Positions 1 to 10,561 of a stretch of DNA of 64,000 nt are shown one piece after another. The stretch lies in assembly GCA_051252375.1 (NCBI GenBank), contig JBPOFY010000002.1, positions 320,001 through 384,000 of the forward strand. The letters run 5' to 3'. The position numbers and the translations under genes are program-made. The notes under the pieces were generated by a model, which saw only the letters and a program-made list of their open reading frames with translations, had not been told where the DNA came from and made no database searches. Position 1 is the first letter of the stretch, and each line of letters opens with the position of its first letter. This stretch comes from Opitutaceae bacterium. Lineage in GTDB: Bacteria > Verrucomicrobiota > Verrucomicrobiia > Opitutales > Coraliomargaritaceae.

Positions 1-207
1 CAAACCGCCCATTCCGGGCAAACGAAGATCCAGCAAGACCACATCCGGCAGCTTCGGCTGATTGCCCTGCACACTACGCAGCGCGATCTCGGCGGTGACG
101 AACTCACTCATCAACTCGAGGTCCTGATCCCTAGACAAGGCCAAATCAATTACATCGCGATATTCACGATTATCTTCGACCAACATTACTTTTATAGGTT
201 CTTCCAT
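1..207 (-). CDS. Response regulator receiver domain (probably NarL/LuxR family), 5' part only; runs off the window edge
   Basis: Hand translation MEEPIKVMLVEDNREYRDVIDLAL...PDVVLLDLRLPGMGGL. The ATG overlaps the kinase stop codon (TAATG). Confidence 0.9.
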   Translation of the reverse strand, partial: MEEPIKVMLVEDNREYRDVIDLALSRDQDLELMSEFVTAEIALRSVQGNQPKLPDVVLLDLRLPGMGGL

Positions 208-2180
208 TAGAAAAATTTTATCTTCCTCCTTTTTATAATTAGCCGAATACGGGTGCCATGACCAGTCTCGGGTTTATCCACGTAGAACTCAGCTCTAAGC
301 AATCGAGCGCGACGTGTCAAAGCCTTCGGCACAATCTCATCCATACCATCCCCATTATCAGTTACGGTCAAATGTATGTAGTTTGCATCCGCCGTGAGTT
401 TGATCTCTACCGTGGTGGCTGCTGAGTGGCGAATAATGTTCGTGATCGTTTCCTTGAAAAACAAATACAGGTCCAAACGTGTGCGGCGGCGGATTTTCTT
501 TAGAACCGCCTCCCCTTCTACCGTGAAGGTATGTTCCAGATCTCCCAGCAAATGCGACATCTCTTGCCGCATCTCGGTGACAAGATCATCGCAAAAACCA
601 GCTGCCTCCAGCAAGTTGGAGCAATTACTGGCGGCCTTCCCTGTGCGCACGGTCAATGCACGGATACGATTCACGGTATCGATCAGGTCTTCTTTCGAGT
701 CGACGGCATCTTTCGCGAGATCGCCCAATAAACCAATCGCATGGAGATTCGCACCAAGCTCGTCGTGTAGATTAGCCGCAATACGTTCTCGAATCAGCAC
801 CTCCTGCCGCTCACGCTCTCGACGGAAGTAAAAAATCGTAATCGCAATCACTACGATGAGTAACAGCGCGAACCAGACCAGTAGGCGTAGATTCATCCTC
901 TGTTGAGCGTAACGCAGCGAAAGCTCCGCTGCGATTAATGGACGTTCTTCCTCAAGGTCGCGCCGTAGAGCCAACTGATCCATCCATTCACGAATCGGGA
1001 TTAACTCACCATACAGATTGTGTCCGTCTGTGAGTTCCGCTCTGGAGCTTGGGGCGGATGATAAGCGGAAGTCGGTCGAGACTGTTTTCCCGAATGCCAC
1101 ATTATGGGCCCCATCCAAGAGCTCGATCTCGGCAAATCCAATACGCGTGCCAGACTGTTTCTCCGATTTATGAAAATACGGTCGCAAAGCCACGAAACGA
1201 AAATACCGGAAACGCGTCTCAGGAAACGACCACTCCATAATCGGACCTTTCTGATACACCCCATCGAAAAATACCTCGAGCAAACTGATCGCATCCGAAA
1301 AATCAGGCTCATTCGCTCCTTCGATGACGAAATGCTCAGGAATACCGAAGTCCCCAGGATAAGATTGTGGAACCGTATCACCCTGATCGACAGTGTGTAG
1401 TCTTAAGCGATTCACGGTTTGCACTTCACCTAAATCGATCTCGATGGTCGCCTGATCGCCAATCCCCACTCGACTCATCATCGGCAGACTACGCTTTCCT
1501 TTAGACGAGTTCATTGCGTATGGCAAAATCCCATCAACCAACCAAGGCGGCTTCCAAGCATTTGCGGTGAAGATATTACGTGAGGTAGTGACTAGCTTGC
1601 GAAGTGCTTGATTCGTGCCGCCCTCAAAAACCATTATCTCGGCAAGTTGTAAGACGTATTTTCCATCGCGCAGGCGCTGCCCCAACTCAACTGCCTCCAA
1701 ACGAATCCAAGACGCCTCGATCGGATCCACGGGAAATATTTGTGGCGCGATACTTATTGGAGGCGAATCACCATAATCAATCTCGGCGATCACTTGCCCC
1801 TCAGTATCTCCATCCACCCCAGCCACTAGTCTGAATACCAAAGGAAACGCATCGGCCACGTAGCCCTTGCTCATGTCACGAAAGACAGTGGGCACCAAAA
1901 CAACCTGATCCACGCGATACACACCTCCCAAATCCACCTGCACCCATTCTGGGTGGTGAGGCTCAGTAAACGGCATAGATCGATAACCAATCGCCGCCAC
2001 ACCGTTGTTCAGGCTAAAATGCGCCAATGGCTCCAGTTCCTCTTCGATTTCAACGATCCGCTCCTCTAGCTTAGAAAGTGACATCCGCTGAATCGCTGCA
2101 ATATCCGCAGCACCCAAGAAGGAACCCACAAATGTAGAACCGACAGCAAACAGCAAAGCGATGATTTTAAAAGTGCTCAA
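207..2180 (-). CDS. Sensor histidine kinase (HisKA_3 type) with extracytoplasmic F5/8-type C/discoidin-like domains
   Basis: RERIAANLHDELG H-box, E..TNIIRHS N-box, DNGDG, TM helix, and EWVQVDLG / IEIDLG motifs. Start is uncertain (ORF open to 2234; TTG at 2180 chosen). Confidence 0.88.
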   Translation of the reverse strand: MSTFKIIALLFAVGSTFVGSFLGAADIAAIQRMSLSKLEERIVEIEEELEPLAHFSLNNGVAAIGYRSMPFTEPHHPEWVQVDLGGVYRVDQVVLVPTVFRDMSKGYVADAFPLVFRLVAGVDGDTEGQVIAEIDYGDSPPISIAPQIFPVDPIEASWIRLEAVELGQRLRDGKYVLQLAEIMVFEGGTNQALRKLVTTSRNIFTANAWKPPWLVDGILPYAMNSSKGKRSLPMMSRVGIGDQATIEIDLGEVQTVNRLRLHTVDQGDTVPQSYPGDFGIPEHFVIEGANEPDFSDAISLLEVFFDGVYQKGPIMEWSFPETRFRYFRFVALRPYFHKSEKQSGTRIGFAEIELLDGAHNVAFGKTVSTDFRLSSAPSSRAELTDGHNLYGELIPIREWMDQLALRRDLEEERPLIAAELSLRYAQQRMNLRLLVWFALLLIVVIAITIFYFRRERERQEVLIRERIAANLHDELGANLHAIGLLGDLAKDAVDSKEDLIDTVNRIRALTVRTGKAASNCSNLLEAAGFCDDLVTEMRQEMSHLLGDLEHTFTVEGEAVLKKIRRRTRLDLYLFFKETITNIIRHSAATTVEIKLTADANYIHLTVTDNGDGMDEIVPKALTRRARLLRAEFYVDKPETGHGTRIRLIIKRRKIKFF

Positions 2181-2270
2181 AACAAACCACGAAAACTGAC
2201 AGCATGTTCGCCGTCCGTCTAGTAAGGAATGCATCGACTCCCAAACTCGGCCGATTTCCGATTAATACAA

Positions 2271-2346
2271 GGTAGGGACGCCTGCCCCCAGGCGTCCTTT
2301 GCGGATGGAAGGATCGGCGGACGTCTGAGGGCAGACGGTCCCTACC
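2271..2346. repeat. REPIN-like inverted pair of GTAG-type REP palindromes
   Basis: GGTAGGGACGCCTGCCCCCAGGCGTCC ... GGACGTCTGAGGGCAGACGGTCCCTACC. Confidence 0.75.
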
Positions 2347-2459
2347 AAAAATCTCCGCGTCCTCTGCGTCCTCTAGCGAAGCGAGCGGTTGATTTCACAT
2401 TTTCTGATTCGCAACACTTCGAGTCTCTTGTATCGTCAGACAAATTATCCACCCCACAT

Positions 2460-3362
2460 ATGAATCACTTCCTCCGCATATTCGTAATGCTCCTCAGCAT
2501 GACACTCGCCGCTACCTCATTAAACGCCACCCCCACGCAAGCACCGATCAAAGTCCTGATCGTCGACGGCTTCAGCAACCACGACTGGGAAGCCACCACG
2601 CAAGAGATTCAAAAACTACTCAAGAACGACTCCAATCTAACCAGCGAAGTCTCCACCGTCCCCACTCAAGAAACTGAAGATTGGGCGAACTGGCTGCCGA
2701 ACTTTAGCGATTACGATGTCATCATCCAAAACACGACCGACATCAACGTCGGCGGTTCATGGCCACGCCCCGCACAAATCGCCCTGGAAAGCTACATGGC
2801 AAACGGCGGCGGTCTCTACATCTTTCACTCAGCCAACAATGCCTTCCCTGAATGGGAAGCATACAACCGCATGATCGGTCTCGGCTGGCGCAAGAAAGAC
2901 TTCGGTCCCGCGATTCAAATCATCGACGATCAAACAGTCCTTATCCCCGCCGGAGAAGGCGGCAACACCGGTCATGGCAAACGCTTCGATGCCCTGATCA
3001 CTCGCATCCACGACCATCCGATCCATCAAGGCCTGCCTAAGCAATGGCTCGCCGCCGACCTCGAAGTCTACCGCTACGCCCGTGGCCCCGCCGAAAATCT
3101 CACCGTGATCAGCTACGCCATGGACCCCTCGACGGAAATCAACTTCCCCATCGAATGGGTCATTCAATATGGCAAAGGCCGCGCATATAACTCCACCTTT
3201 GGTCACCATTGGCACGATGTGAAAGAAACACCCAACGCCTTCCGCTGCGTCGCCTTTCAAACCATATTCAATCGTGCAATTTACTGGCTCGCTGATCGCG
3301 AAATCAATCCAGCGGTCCCCGCCAATTTCCCAACAAGCGAGCACATTTCGATCACCCCATAA
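2460..3362 (+). CDS. Secreted ThuA-like (class I glutamine amidotransferase-like fold) protein
   Basis: Signal peptide from ATG 2460; VLIVDGFSNHDW, GGGLYIFHSA and YGKGRAYNSTFGH motifs. Confidence 0.85.
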   Translation: MNHFLRIFVMLLSMTLAATSLNATPTQAPIKVLIVDGFSNHDWEATTQEIQKLLKNDSNLTSEVSTVPTQETEDWANWLPNFSDYDVIIQNTTDINVGGSWPRPAQIALESYMANGGGLYIFHSANNAFPEWEAYNRMIGLGWRKKDFGPAIQIIDDQTVLIPAGEGGNTGHGKRFDALITRIHDHPIHQGLPKQWLAADLEVYRYARGPAENLTVISYAMDPSTEINFPIEWVIQYGKGRAYNSTFGHHWHDVKETPNAFRCVAFQTIFNRAIYWLADREINPAVPANFPTSEHISITP

Positions 3363-3470
3363 GCCTGCCTATATCGCGGCAGCTAGCTAAGGACACACTG
3401 AATTCGAACCACCCACTTCCGCTGGAGCCACGGAGCCACGGAGGTAAAAATCCCCTTTCTGTTAGATCCA

Positions 3471-3711
3471 TTAACCTAGATTCGGCAGTTGGCATGGGCT
3501 CTGATTCTTAAACCGTTAATGGACGTTAATTAACGTGACGGAGCAACGCGGAGATGGCGTAGCAATCCGACCCACTGCCAAAATGGCGAATGAGCTAACT
3601 CTCGACTCTTAGTTAGAGACATTAGTTAAGTATTTAAACAGTATACACTTAGGGTCTATGATTAACGTGCATTAACGTTTATTAACGGTTCAACTTACCT
3701 TTTTAGGATTA
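3471..3711. repeat. ORF-less element bounded by inverted 10-bp periodic repeats
   Basis: AACCGTTAAT GGACGTTAAT TAACGT at 3511-3536 versus ATTAACGTGC ATTAACGTTT ATTAACGGTT at 3661-3690. Confidence 0.65.
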
Positions 3712-3875
3712 AAAATAGCGAAGAACCAACAGGCACATAAAAATGCACTTCTCGTGCACTTTTGCTTTCCCTCAAAAGCAAGTTCTATACGGTCGCCTGC
3801 TTTCATCGAATCGCCTACCCGCGAGCCGTAGATATCCTTTTTCATCCCTTTATCTCATTTCCAAAATCCATCTCC

Positions 3876-6152
3876 ATGCAGATCCCATTTATTGAACAAA
3901 TTGCCGAAGAACTGAGCCTCAGTGCCCACCAAGTCACCGCCACTGCGGCACTCATCGCCGAAGGCGGCACCGTGCCCTTCATCGCCCGCTACCGTAAAGA
4001 GCAAACCGGCGAACTCGACGAAGTTCAAATCACCAACATTCGCGACCGCCTCCAGCAACTCGCCGACCTCGCCTCCCGCCGCGAATCCATCAAAAGCTCC
4101 CTCAAAGAGCGCAACCTCCTCACCGACGAGCTCGAGGCAAAAATCGAAGGCGCACAGACGCTCTCCAAGCTGGAAGACATCTACCTGCCGTTCCGTCCAA
4201 AGCGCCGGACCAAGGCGATGATCGCCCGCGAGCGCGGCCTCGAACCGCTCGCCACACATATTTTCGAAAACCAAGACGCCACCGACACAGCCGAACAAGC
4301 CCTCACCTACGTCGATGCCGAAAAGGAAGTCCCCGACGCCAATGCCGCACTCGAAGGCGCACGCCATATCATCGCCGAGTGGATCAGCGACGATGCCGAT
4401 ATCCGCGAAACCCTGCGCAAGCTCTTCTGGGAACAAGGCACCCTCATCTCCGAAGCATTCCCCGGCAAAGAAACCGAGGGCGCCAAATACAGCGACTACT
4501 TCGACTGGAAAGAGCCGATTAAAAACGCGCCATCGCACCGCATTCTCGCCATTCGACGCGGCGAAAAAGAAGGCTTCCTCTTCCACCGCATTTTGCCCGA
4601 AGAAGAATCCGCCATCGCCTTGATTGAAAAGCAATTCGTCAACGGTCGCGGCCCCGCAGCCGACGAAGTCAAAAAGGCGATCGCCGATTGCAACAAGCGC
4701 CTCCTCTCCCCCTCCATGGAAACCGACGTGCGCTTAAAGGCGAAGAAGAAGGCCGACGCTGCCGCCATTCAAGTCTTTGCCGACAACGCCCGCGAGCTCC
4801 TGCTTGCGTCCCCGCTCGGACAAAAGCGCACCATGGCAGTCGACCCCGGTTTCCGCACAGGCTGTAAAACCGTCATCCTCGATGCCCAAGGCAAGCTACT
4901 CTTCAACCATGTCCTCTTCTGCACCGGCGGCGCCGGTCAAGTCGAGCGCGCGACTGTGGAAGCCAAGGCACTGATCGAACGTTACGACATCGAAGCCATC
5001 GCCATCGGCAACGGCACCGCAGGTCGCGAAACAGAAGCCTTCTTCCGCGGTCTTAAACTGTCCGCTAAAATCCTCATTATCTCGGTCAACGAATCCGGCG
5101 CATCGATTTACTCAGCCTCCGAAGCCGCCCGCGAAGAATTCCCCAACGAAGACCTCACCGTTCGCGGTGCCGTCTCCATCGGTCGCCGCCTCATGGACCC
5201 ACTCGCCGAGCTCGTCAAACTCGACCCCAAGTCCATCGGTGTCGGGCAATATCAGCACGACGTCGATCAATACGCACTCAAACGCACTCTAGACGACACC
5301 GTCATTTCCAGCGTGAATAAAGTCGGCGTCGAGGTGAACACCGCGAGCAAGCAACTCCTCTCCTACGTCGCCGGGCTCAACGAGTCCATCGCCACCAACA
5401 TCGTTGCTCACCGTCAAGAAAACGGTCCCTTTAAATCACGCAAAGAACTGACCAAAGTCAGCCGCCTCGGACCGAAAGCCTTCGAACAATGCGCCGGTTT
5501 CCTCCGCATCCGCGATGCCCAGCACCCACTCGATCAAAGTGGTGTCCACCCCGAGCGCTATGCCCTCGTCGAGCAAATGGCTGCCGCCGTCGGTTGCCAA
5601 GTTGAAGACCTCACCAAAGACAGCGCAGCCCGCGCGAAGATCGACTTAAAAGCCTACGTCTCCGACGAAGTCGGTTTGCCTACACTGCGCGACATCATGG
5701 AAGAGCTGGCCAAACCAGGCCGCGACCCGCGTAAAAAGTTCGAAGCCTTTGCCTTCGCCGAAGGGATCGACAAACCCACCGACCTCACCCTCGGCATGAA
5801 GCTTCAGGGAATCGTGACCAACGTCACCGCCTTCGGCGCCTTCGTCGATGTCGGCGTGCACCAAGATGGCCTCGTCCACATCAGTCAACTCGCCGACAGC
5901 TTTGTCGACGATCCCAACAAGATCGTAAAAGTCGGCGACACCGTAAAAGTCACCGTCACCGAAATCGACTTACAGCGCAACCGCATCGCCCTCTCCATGA
6001 AAGCCCAACCCGAAATCGGCGGCAAAAAAGAGCGCACCGGCGCACCGAAAAGCCGCAGCAACGGTCCACGTCAAAATGGCAACGGCGGCAACAACCGCGG
6101 CTCAAACAACGACTTCGGCAGCAACTGGTTCGACGCAGCGCTGAAAAAGTAA
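3876..6152 (+). CDS. tex: Tex/YhgF RNA-binding transcriptional accessory protein
   Basis: GGTVPFIARYRKE N-terminus, YqgF-like DPGFRTGCK, IGVGQYQHDV, HhH region and S1 domain (FGAFVDVGVHQDGLVHIS). Confidence 0.97.
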   Translation: MQIPFIEQIAEELSLSAHQVTATAALIAEGGTVPFIARYRKEQTGELDEVQITNIRDRLQQLADLASRRESIKSSLKERNLLTDELEAKIEGAQTLSKLEDIYLPFRPKRRTKAMIARERGLEPLATHIFENQDATDTAEQALTYVDAEKEVPDANAALEGARHIIAEWISDDADIRETLRKLFWEQGTLISEAFPGKETEGAKYSDYFDWKEPIKNAPSHRILAIRRGEKEGFLFHRILPEEESAIALIEKQFVNGRGPAADEVKKAIADCNKRLLSPSMETDVRLKAKKKADAAAIQVFADNARELLLASPLGQKRTMAVDPGFRTGCKTVILDAQGKLLFNHVLFCTGGAGQVERATVEAKALIERYDIEAIAIGNGTAGRETEAFFRGLKLSAKILIISVNESGASIYSASEAAREEFPNEDLTVRGAVSIGRRLMDPLAELVKLDPKSIGVGQYQHDVDQYALKRTLDDTVISSVNKVGVEVNTASKQLLSYVAGLNESIATNIVAHRQENGPFKSRKELTKVSRLGPKAFEQCAGFLRIRDAQHPLDQSGVHPERYALVEQMAAAVGCQVEDLTKDSAARAKIDLKAYVSDEVGLPTLRDIMEELAKPGRDPRKKFEAFAFAEGIDKPTDLTLGMKLQGIVTNVTAFGAFVDVGVHQDGLVHISQLADSFVDDPNKIVKVGDTVKVTVTEIDLQRNRIALSMKAQPEIGGKKERTGAPKSRSNGPRQNGNGGNNRGSNNDFGSNWFDAALKK

Positions 6153-6186
6153 AAGGGTAAAAACCGATCCGTTCATACGTATCGTT

Positions 6187-6500
6187 TTAGCCACGGATGG
6201 ACACGGATAGACACTGATATGGATAACCACAAAGGTAGCGGCGGTCGCTGTGTCTCGGCGTAGCCATCGGCGAAGATGGATCCCTGACCGCCATACGTCA
6301 GAGTTAGGCCGTATCAGGTGAAAATGATATTTCATATAATGTAGCCACGTCACTCTGTGACGTGATCGTTAGCATAGACTTTATCGCTAAAACAAAACAC
6401 GGCAGAGACTGCCGTGGCTACACTAGGATACATACGAGTGAGCTGCTCCTCCGTGCCTCTGTGACTCTCCTGCCATGAGCTTGCCGTATGGGCATGAGCC
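6187..6500. repeat. Composite REP/REPIN mosaic, copy 1
   Basis: 6190-6422 is nearly identical to 9959-10189, and 6423-6492 recurs at ~12772-12841. Contains GTAGCCACGTCACTCTGTGACGTG...CACGGCAGAGACTGCCGTGGCTAC. Confidence 0.9.
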
Positions 6501-6672
6501 ATTCATACGCATGTATAGACTTTTCCTAAAAGCGTGACAAAATATCGCCCCTAGAGTTTAAAGGTAATGAACCGCTGCGCGACTCCCCCAACATGACCTA
6601 CGCCACCTCCATTATCTCACAAACCCAACCCGTGAAATGCGTTGCTCAAGGGCGCAGATAACACTGTTCGCT
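6501..6672 (+). other. Putative integron attI-like platform, copy 1
   Basis: Ungapped match to 10353-10518 (29 mismatches in 166 bp by hand count). The similarity ends at GCAGATAACACTG|TTCGCT. Confidence 0.65.
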
Positions 6673-6728
6673 TCAAGATTTCACAATATACTGACGAAGC
6701 CCGCCCTGTATCCGGCCATACTTGAGCA

Positions 6729-7217
6729 ATGAAAAAGCAACAAAGCGCTAAGATCCACCCGTGGCTGATTTGGGGCCGAGTTTCCATCTTGGCTTTGACT
6801 GGGCTCGTAGCGCTCATTTGGATTTCGAGCTATTTCGTTGGAATCCAGCGATATCAATCCACTTGGTCATCAGTCAATGAAGCAACGTCGGAGCGAGCCA
6901 GTTGGCTCATTTCAAATCATGGATCCATTGGTATCGCGTGGCGCTCGCAGGATGGTGTATTAGGGTCTCCACCGCCGGCTTCAGAATTTGAGTTGAAGAC
7001 CTTCAAGAGTTCCACTTCGGCATGGAACAATGTTCATCCAGAAGGATTTTTCTCGTGGCATTGGATTCACTATCAGCAAACAAAATTGAAACCAATGGGG
7101 TTGATGCGCACGGAATATGGGCATCTCTTTACTCCATATTGGATGCCATTCTTTGTAGGTGCATTTTTGGTGTTCTCGATCACTGTTTGCATCAACCGGC
7201 GAGCGACGATAGCCTAG
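6729..7217 (+). CDS. Hypothetical membrane protein with 2 TM helices; probable gene cassette
   Basis: 162 aa with N- and C-terminal hydrophobic helices. Lies just after the attI-like GTT and is more AT-rich than tex. Confidence 0.7.
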   Translation: MKKQQSAKIHPWLIWGRVSILALTGLVALIWISSYFVGIQRYQSTWSSVNEATSERASWLISNHGSIGIAWRSQDGVLGSPPPASEFELKTFKSSTSAWNNVHPEGFFSWHWIHYQQTKLKPMGLMRTEYGHLFTPYWMPFFVGAFLVFSITVCINRRATIA

Positions 7218-7238
7218 AAATACAATGAAAGCAAAAAG

Positions 7239-7830
7239 GGTAGCGGCGCTTGTCCCTAAGCGCCATCCGTCAGAGTCAGCCCGTCTCATGATGTTGGGTG
7301 TGATGTAGCCACGTCACTCTGTGACGTGATCTTGTCGAAGGTGTGACGTGATCGTCAGCATAGTCCATGTCAGCTAAAACAAAACACGGCAAGAGACTGC
7401 CGTGGCTACATCAGCAAGTTAGGCCGTATCCAGTGGCGCTTAGGGACAAGCGCCGCAGCTCAAACAACGACTTCGGCAGCAACTGGTTCGATGCCGCGCT
7501 GAAAAAGTAAATGGGTAAAAACCGATCCGTTCATACGTATGGTTAGCCACGGATAAACGCGGATGCACAGAGAACTCAAAAGGTAGCGGCGGTCGTCCCT
7601 GACCGCCATACGTCAGAGTTAAGCCGTATCCAGTGGCGCTTAGGGACAAGCGCCGCTACCACAACAAAACAGCTCCTGAGAAATTATTTTGCCATCAATT
7701 ATTTTGCCTTAATTACGAATGAGCTGCTGCTCCGCCTCCTCCCTGCCTCTGCGCCTCTCCTGCCATGAGCACGTCGAATGGGTGTGAGCCATTCATACGG
7801 ATAGTTTGGGCACGGATGGACACGGATACT
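7239..7830. repeat. Composite REP/REPIN mosaic, copy 2, including a duplicate of the tex 3' end
   Basis: Contains GGTAGCGGCGCTTGTCCCTAAGCGCC / GGCGCTTAGGGACAAGCGCCGCTACC, the GTAGCCACG REPIN and AATTATTTTGCC x2. 7453-7564 matches 6095-6208. Confidence 0.9.
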
Positions 7831-7941
7831 CATCGCCACGAAATGCAATGCGACACGGTTGAGCTTACAGTCTCGCGTCGACTCAGTTTGACGCTATAGA
7901 TCGGATATAAGTGCACAGAACTCCCCTAGCCTCTAATTAGC

Positions 7942-9936
7942 ATGCTGCTTAAGAAAACTGCAATTATCGTCACCCTACATGCCCTCTTGGGAATGCTTCC
8001 CTCTCAGGCGATCACGGAGTTTAGCACGGACTTTGATTCACTAACCACAGGGGCAGTCACAAACGCCGACCTCGATGCAGTCAGCACTGGCGGCACATGG
8101 TTTTTTAAAGCAGATCGAGGCGCCAGTCACGAGGCTCAAGACAGTGGCGGCGATAAAGCGGTGCTCATGGATGACCCGGATGCATCAGGGAACGACGGCA
8201 ATCTCCTCTTCGCGGGGGTCACCCTCGACAACTCGGTAGATCTAACGCAGAAGCAGCTCACCTGGAATTTCCGTGTCGCCACTCGTCGCACCGGTAACGA
8301 CAAAGGCTTAAGATTCACCATCGTTGACACAGCCACCAACCAGCCGGCGGTCCAGCTGGATTGGTATCATAACTCAAACACTGTCAGCCTCAACAATGGC
8401 GAGGACAGCGACACATCGAGCTTCGCGTTTCTCAATCCATGGGACACCGGCAGCAGCAATGTAAAAGACGTCACGATTTCAATCGTAGGAAACGGTGTCA
8501 CGGTCGACTTCGATGGAGTCAAACTATTCGGCAATGTCCTGAACGCCTCCACTTCGATCGGTAACTTACGCGTCTGGAGTATCGACAGTGCGGTTGGAGC
8601 TCGTGGGGTGTTCCTCGATGACATGACTCTCGAAACAGACACACTGACAGGCGTGCCTACCTTTCAGGATTTCCATTACCGCGGACTGACTCCAAGCGAC
8701 CCCGATTACGACCACGACCTGATCCGAGTCTACTCACCACCAACTGGCACAGTAGGCGTCGATAGCCGCCCTGCCATTCTGATGTTTCACGGTGGCGGTT
8801 GGTCGAGTGGCAGCATCACCCAGTTCGATTATTTTTGCTCTGAAATGGCGAAGTTGGGCTACGTGGCAGCAACAGCAGACTATCGCTTCTCCAACAATTC
8901 CGCGGCGGCTGCCTACGACGACCCGAAGGAACTCTGCGTCAACGATGCTCGACTGGCCACAGCATGGCTGGAGAGTCAGGCATCTGCCCTTGGCTTCAAA
9001 GATGGTGAGCTCCTCATCGGTGGTGGTTCCGCAGGAGGACATCTCGCCACAATGGTGGCACTACAACCCGACGAACTAGCCGCAGCAGCCCAAGGTCCGC
9101 TCAGCATCTCCGCGATGTTGTTATTCAATGCCGCTTATCATGAGTCCGAAATCAGCGGGGCAAATTCGCTCCGCGTGGATCCCGAGCGCCAACTCGCTGA
9201 ATTGGTCGCCAATGCAAAACTGCCCCCACCCGCGATCCACCTCTTCGGCAACTATGACCACTGGCGCATGCCAGACGATTTCCTCAACGCATCGAATGAG
9301 ATACAGAACGGGATCGGCCGAGCGCTGCCGTTTATCGACGCCTGCCGTGATGCAGGCGCCGAAGCAGAGCTTTGGTATGCCATCGGCAAGGGGCACAGTT
9401 TCTTCAATGCAACCGACTGGATGGAGCGATGCATTGTAGAAATCGACTACTTCCTCATCGCCCGCGGAATCAACGGAGCGACATTGGCGCCCGCTTCCTT
9501 TGCACACCCAGAACTCCAGTTGGAACTCGCCACCTCCTTACACGCTTGGCGGTTAAATTGGTTTCAAAACGAATCCAGCACTGGCGATGCCACAGAGGAC
9601 CAAAATCCCGACAGCGATGACTATAATAATTTCACTGAATTCGGACTCGGGACCAATCCACTGATCGCCGATCTCACTCCCCCACTCATCATTGATTCCG
9701 AAAGTTCGGAGCTTCGTTTCACCCGGCGACAACAAACCTATGCTTTTGCTAATCCAGTAGTGGTTGTCGAACTAGAGACGTCCACCACACTTGCAACCAA
9801 TTCCTGGACACCCGTCGAAATTGATCCAGAAGACATTACTGGCACAGTCGATGACATTGAATCAATCGCCATGACCTACGTCCCGAACCCAGGAACCAAC
9901 CGATTCTACCGCCTCAATGTCCGATCCTATCCTTAA
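7942..9936 (+). CDS. Secreted alpha/beta hydrolase (esterase) with an N-terminal beta-rich domain and a verrucomicrobial C-terminal domain
   Basis: Signal peptide, HGGGW oxyanion motif, GGSAGG nucleophile elbow, GHSFF, and a C-terminal NRFYRLNV. Confidence 0.85.
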   Translation: MLLKKTAIIVTLHALLGMLPSQAITEFSTDFDSLTTGAVTNADLDAVSTGGTWFFKADRGASHEAQDSGGDKAVLMDDPDASGNDGNLLFAGVTLDNSVDLTQKQLTWNFRVATRRTGNDKGLRFTIVDTATNQPAVQLDWYHNSNTVSLNNGEDSDTSSFAFLNPWDTGSSNVKDVTISIVGNGVTVDFDGVKLFGNVLNASTSIGNLRVWSIDSAVGARGVFLDDMTLETDTLTGVPTFQDFHYRGLTPSDPDYDHDLIRVYSPPTGTVGVDSRPAILMFHGGGWSSGSITQFDYFCSEMAKLGYVAATADYRFSNNSAAAAYDDPKELCVNDARLATAWLESQASALGFKDGELLIGGGSAGGHLATMVALQPDELAAAAQGPLSISAMLLFNAAYHESEISGANSLRVDPERQLAELVANAKLPPPAIHLFGNYDHWRMPDDFLNASNEIQNGIGRALPFIDACRDAGAEAELWYAIGKGHSFFNATDWMERCIVEIDYFLIARGINGATLAPASFAHPELQLELATSLHAWRLNWFQNESSTGDATEDQNPDSDDYNNFTEFGLGTNPLIADLTPPLIIDSESSELRFTRRQQTYAFANPVVVVELETSTTLATNSWTPVEIDPEDITGTVDDIESIAMTYVPNPGTNRFYRLNVRSYP

Positions 9937-9954
9937 GCGCATACCTGACGTTTT

Positions 9955-10352
9955 AAAACCACGAATGGACACGGATAGACTCGGATATGGATAGCCACAA
10001 AGGTAGCGGCGGTCGCTGTGTCTCGGCGTAGCCATCGGCGAAGATGGATTCCTGACCGCCATACGTCAGAGTAGGCCGTATCAGGTGAAAATGATATTTC
10101 ATATAATGTAGCCACGTCACTCTGTGACGTGATCGTTAGCATAGACTTTATCGCTATAACAAAACACGGCAGAGACTGCCGTGGCTACATCAGCAAGTTA
10201 GGCCGTATCCAGTGGCGCTTAGGGACAAGCGCCGCTACCACAACAAAACAGCTCCTGAGAAATTATTTTGCCATCAATTATTTTGCCTCAATCACGAATG
10301 AGCTGCTGCTCCGCCTCCTCCCTGCCGTGAGCTTGCCGTATGGGCATGAGCC
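9955..10352. repeat. Composite REP/REPIN mosaic, copy 3
   Basis: The first part matches 6190-6422 and the second part matches the 7411-7456 and 7620-7746 segments. Confidence 0.9.
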
Positions 10353-10524
10353 GTTCATACGCATGTATAGACTCTTCCTAAAAGCGTGACAAAGCATCGA
10401 ACCTAAAGTTTAAAGGCAATGGACCGTTGCGCAACTCGTCTAACATGAACCCCGCCCCCTCAATTTCCACACAAACCAAATCCGTCAAATGCGGCGTTCA
10501 AGGACGCAGATAACACTGATCTCA
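10353..10524 (+). other. Putative integron attI-like platform, copy 2
   Basis: Paralogue of 6501-6666. Ends GCAGATAACACTG|ATCTCA immediately before a 4-cassette array. Confidence 0.68.
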
Positions 10525-10561
10525 GAAAAAAACACCACCAAACTACAATAGAAATTAAATT

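Noticed and set aside
2229..2459. N-terminal extension of the ThuA-like ORF
   Set aside because: It runs through REP elements; the signal peptide begins at ATG 2460.
6490..6520. 5' remnant of a divergent intI next to the attI-like platform (ATGCGTATGAA on the minus strand)
   Set aside because: The TTCATACG motif also occurs in repeat modules away from the platforms (near 6172, 7530 and 7792), and no integrase-like peptide follows.
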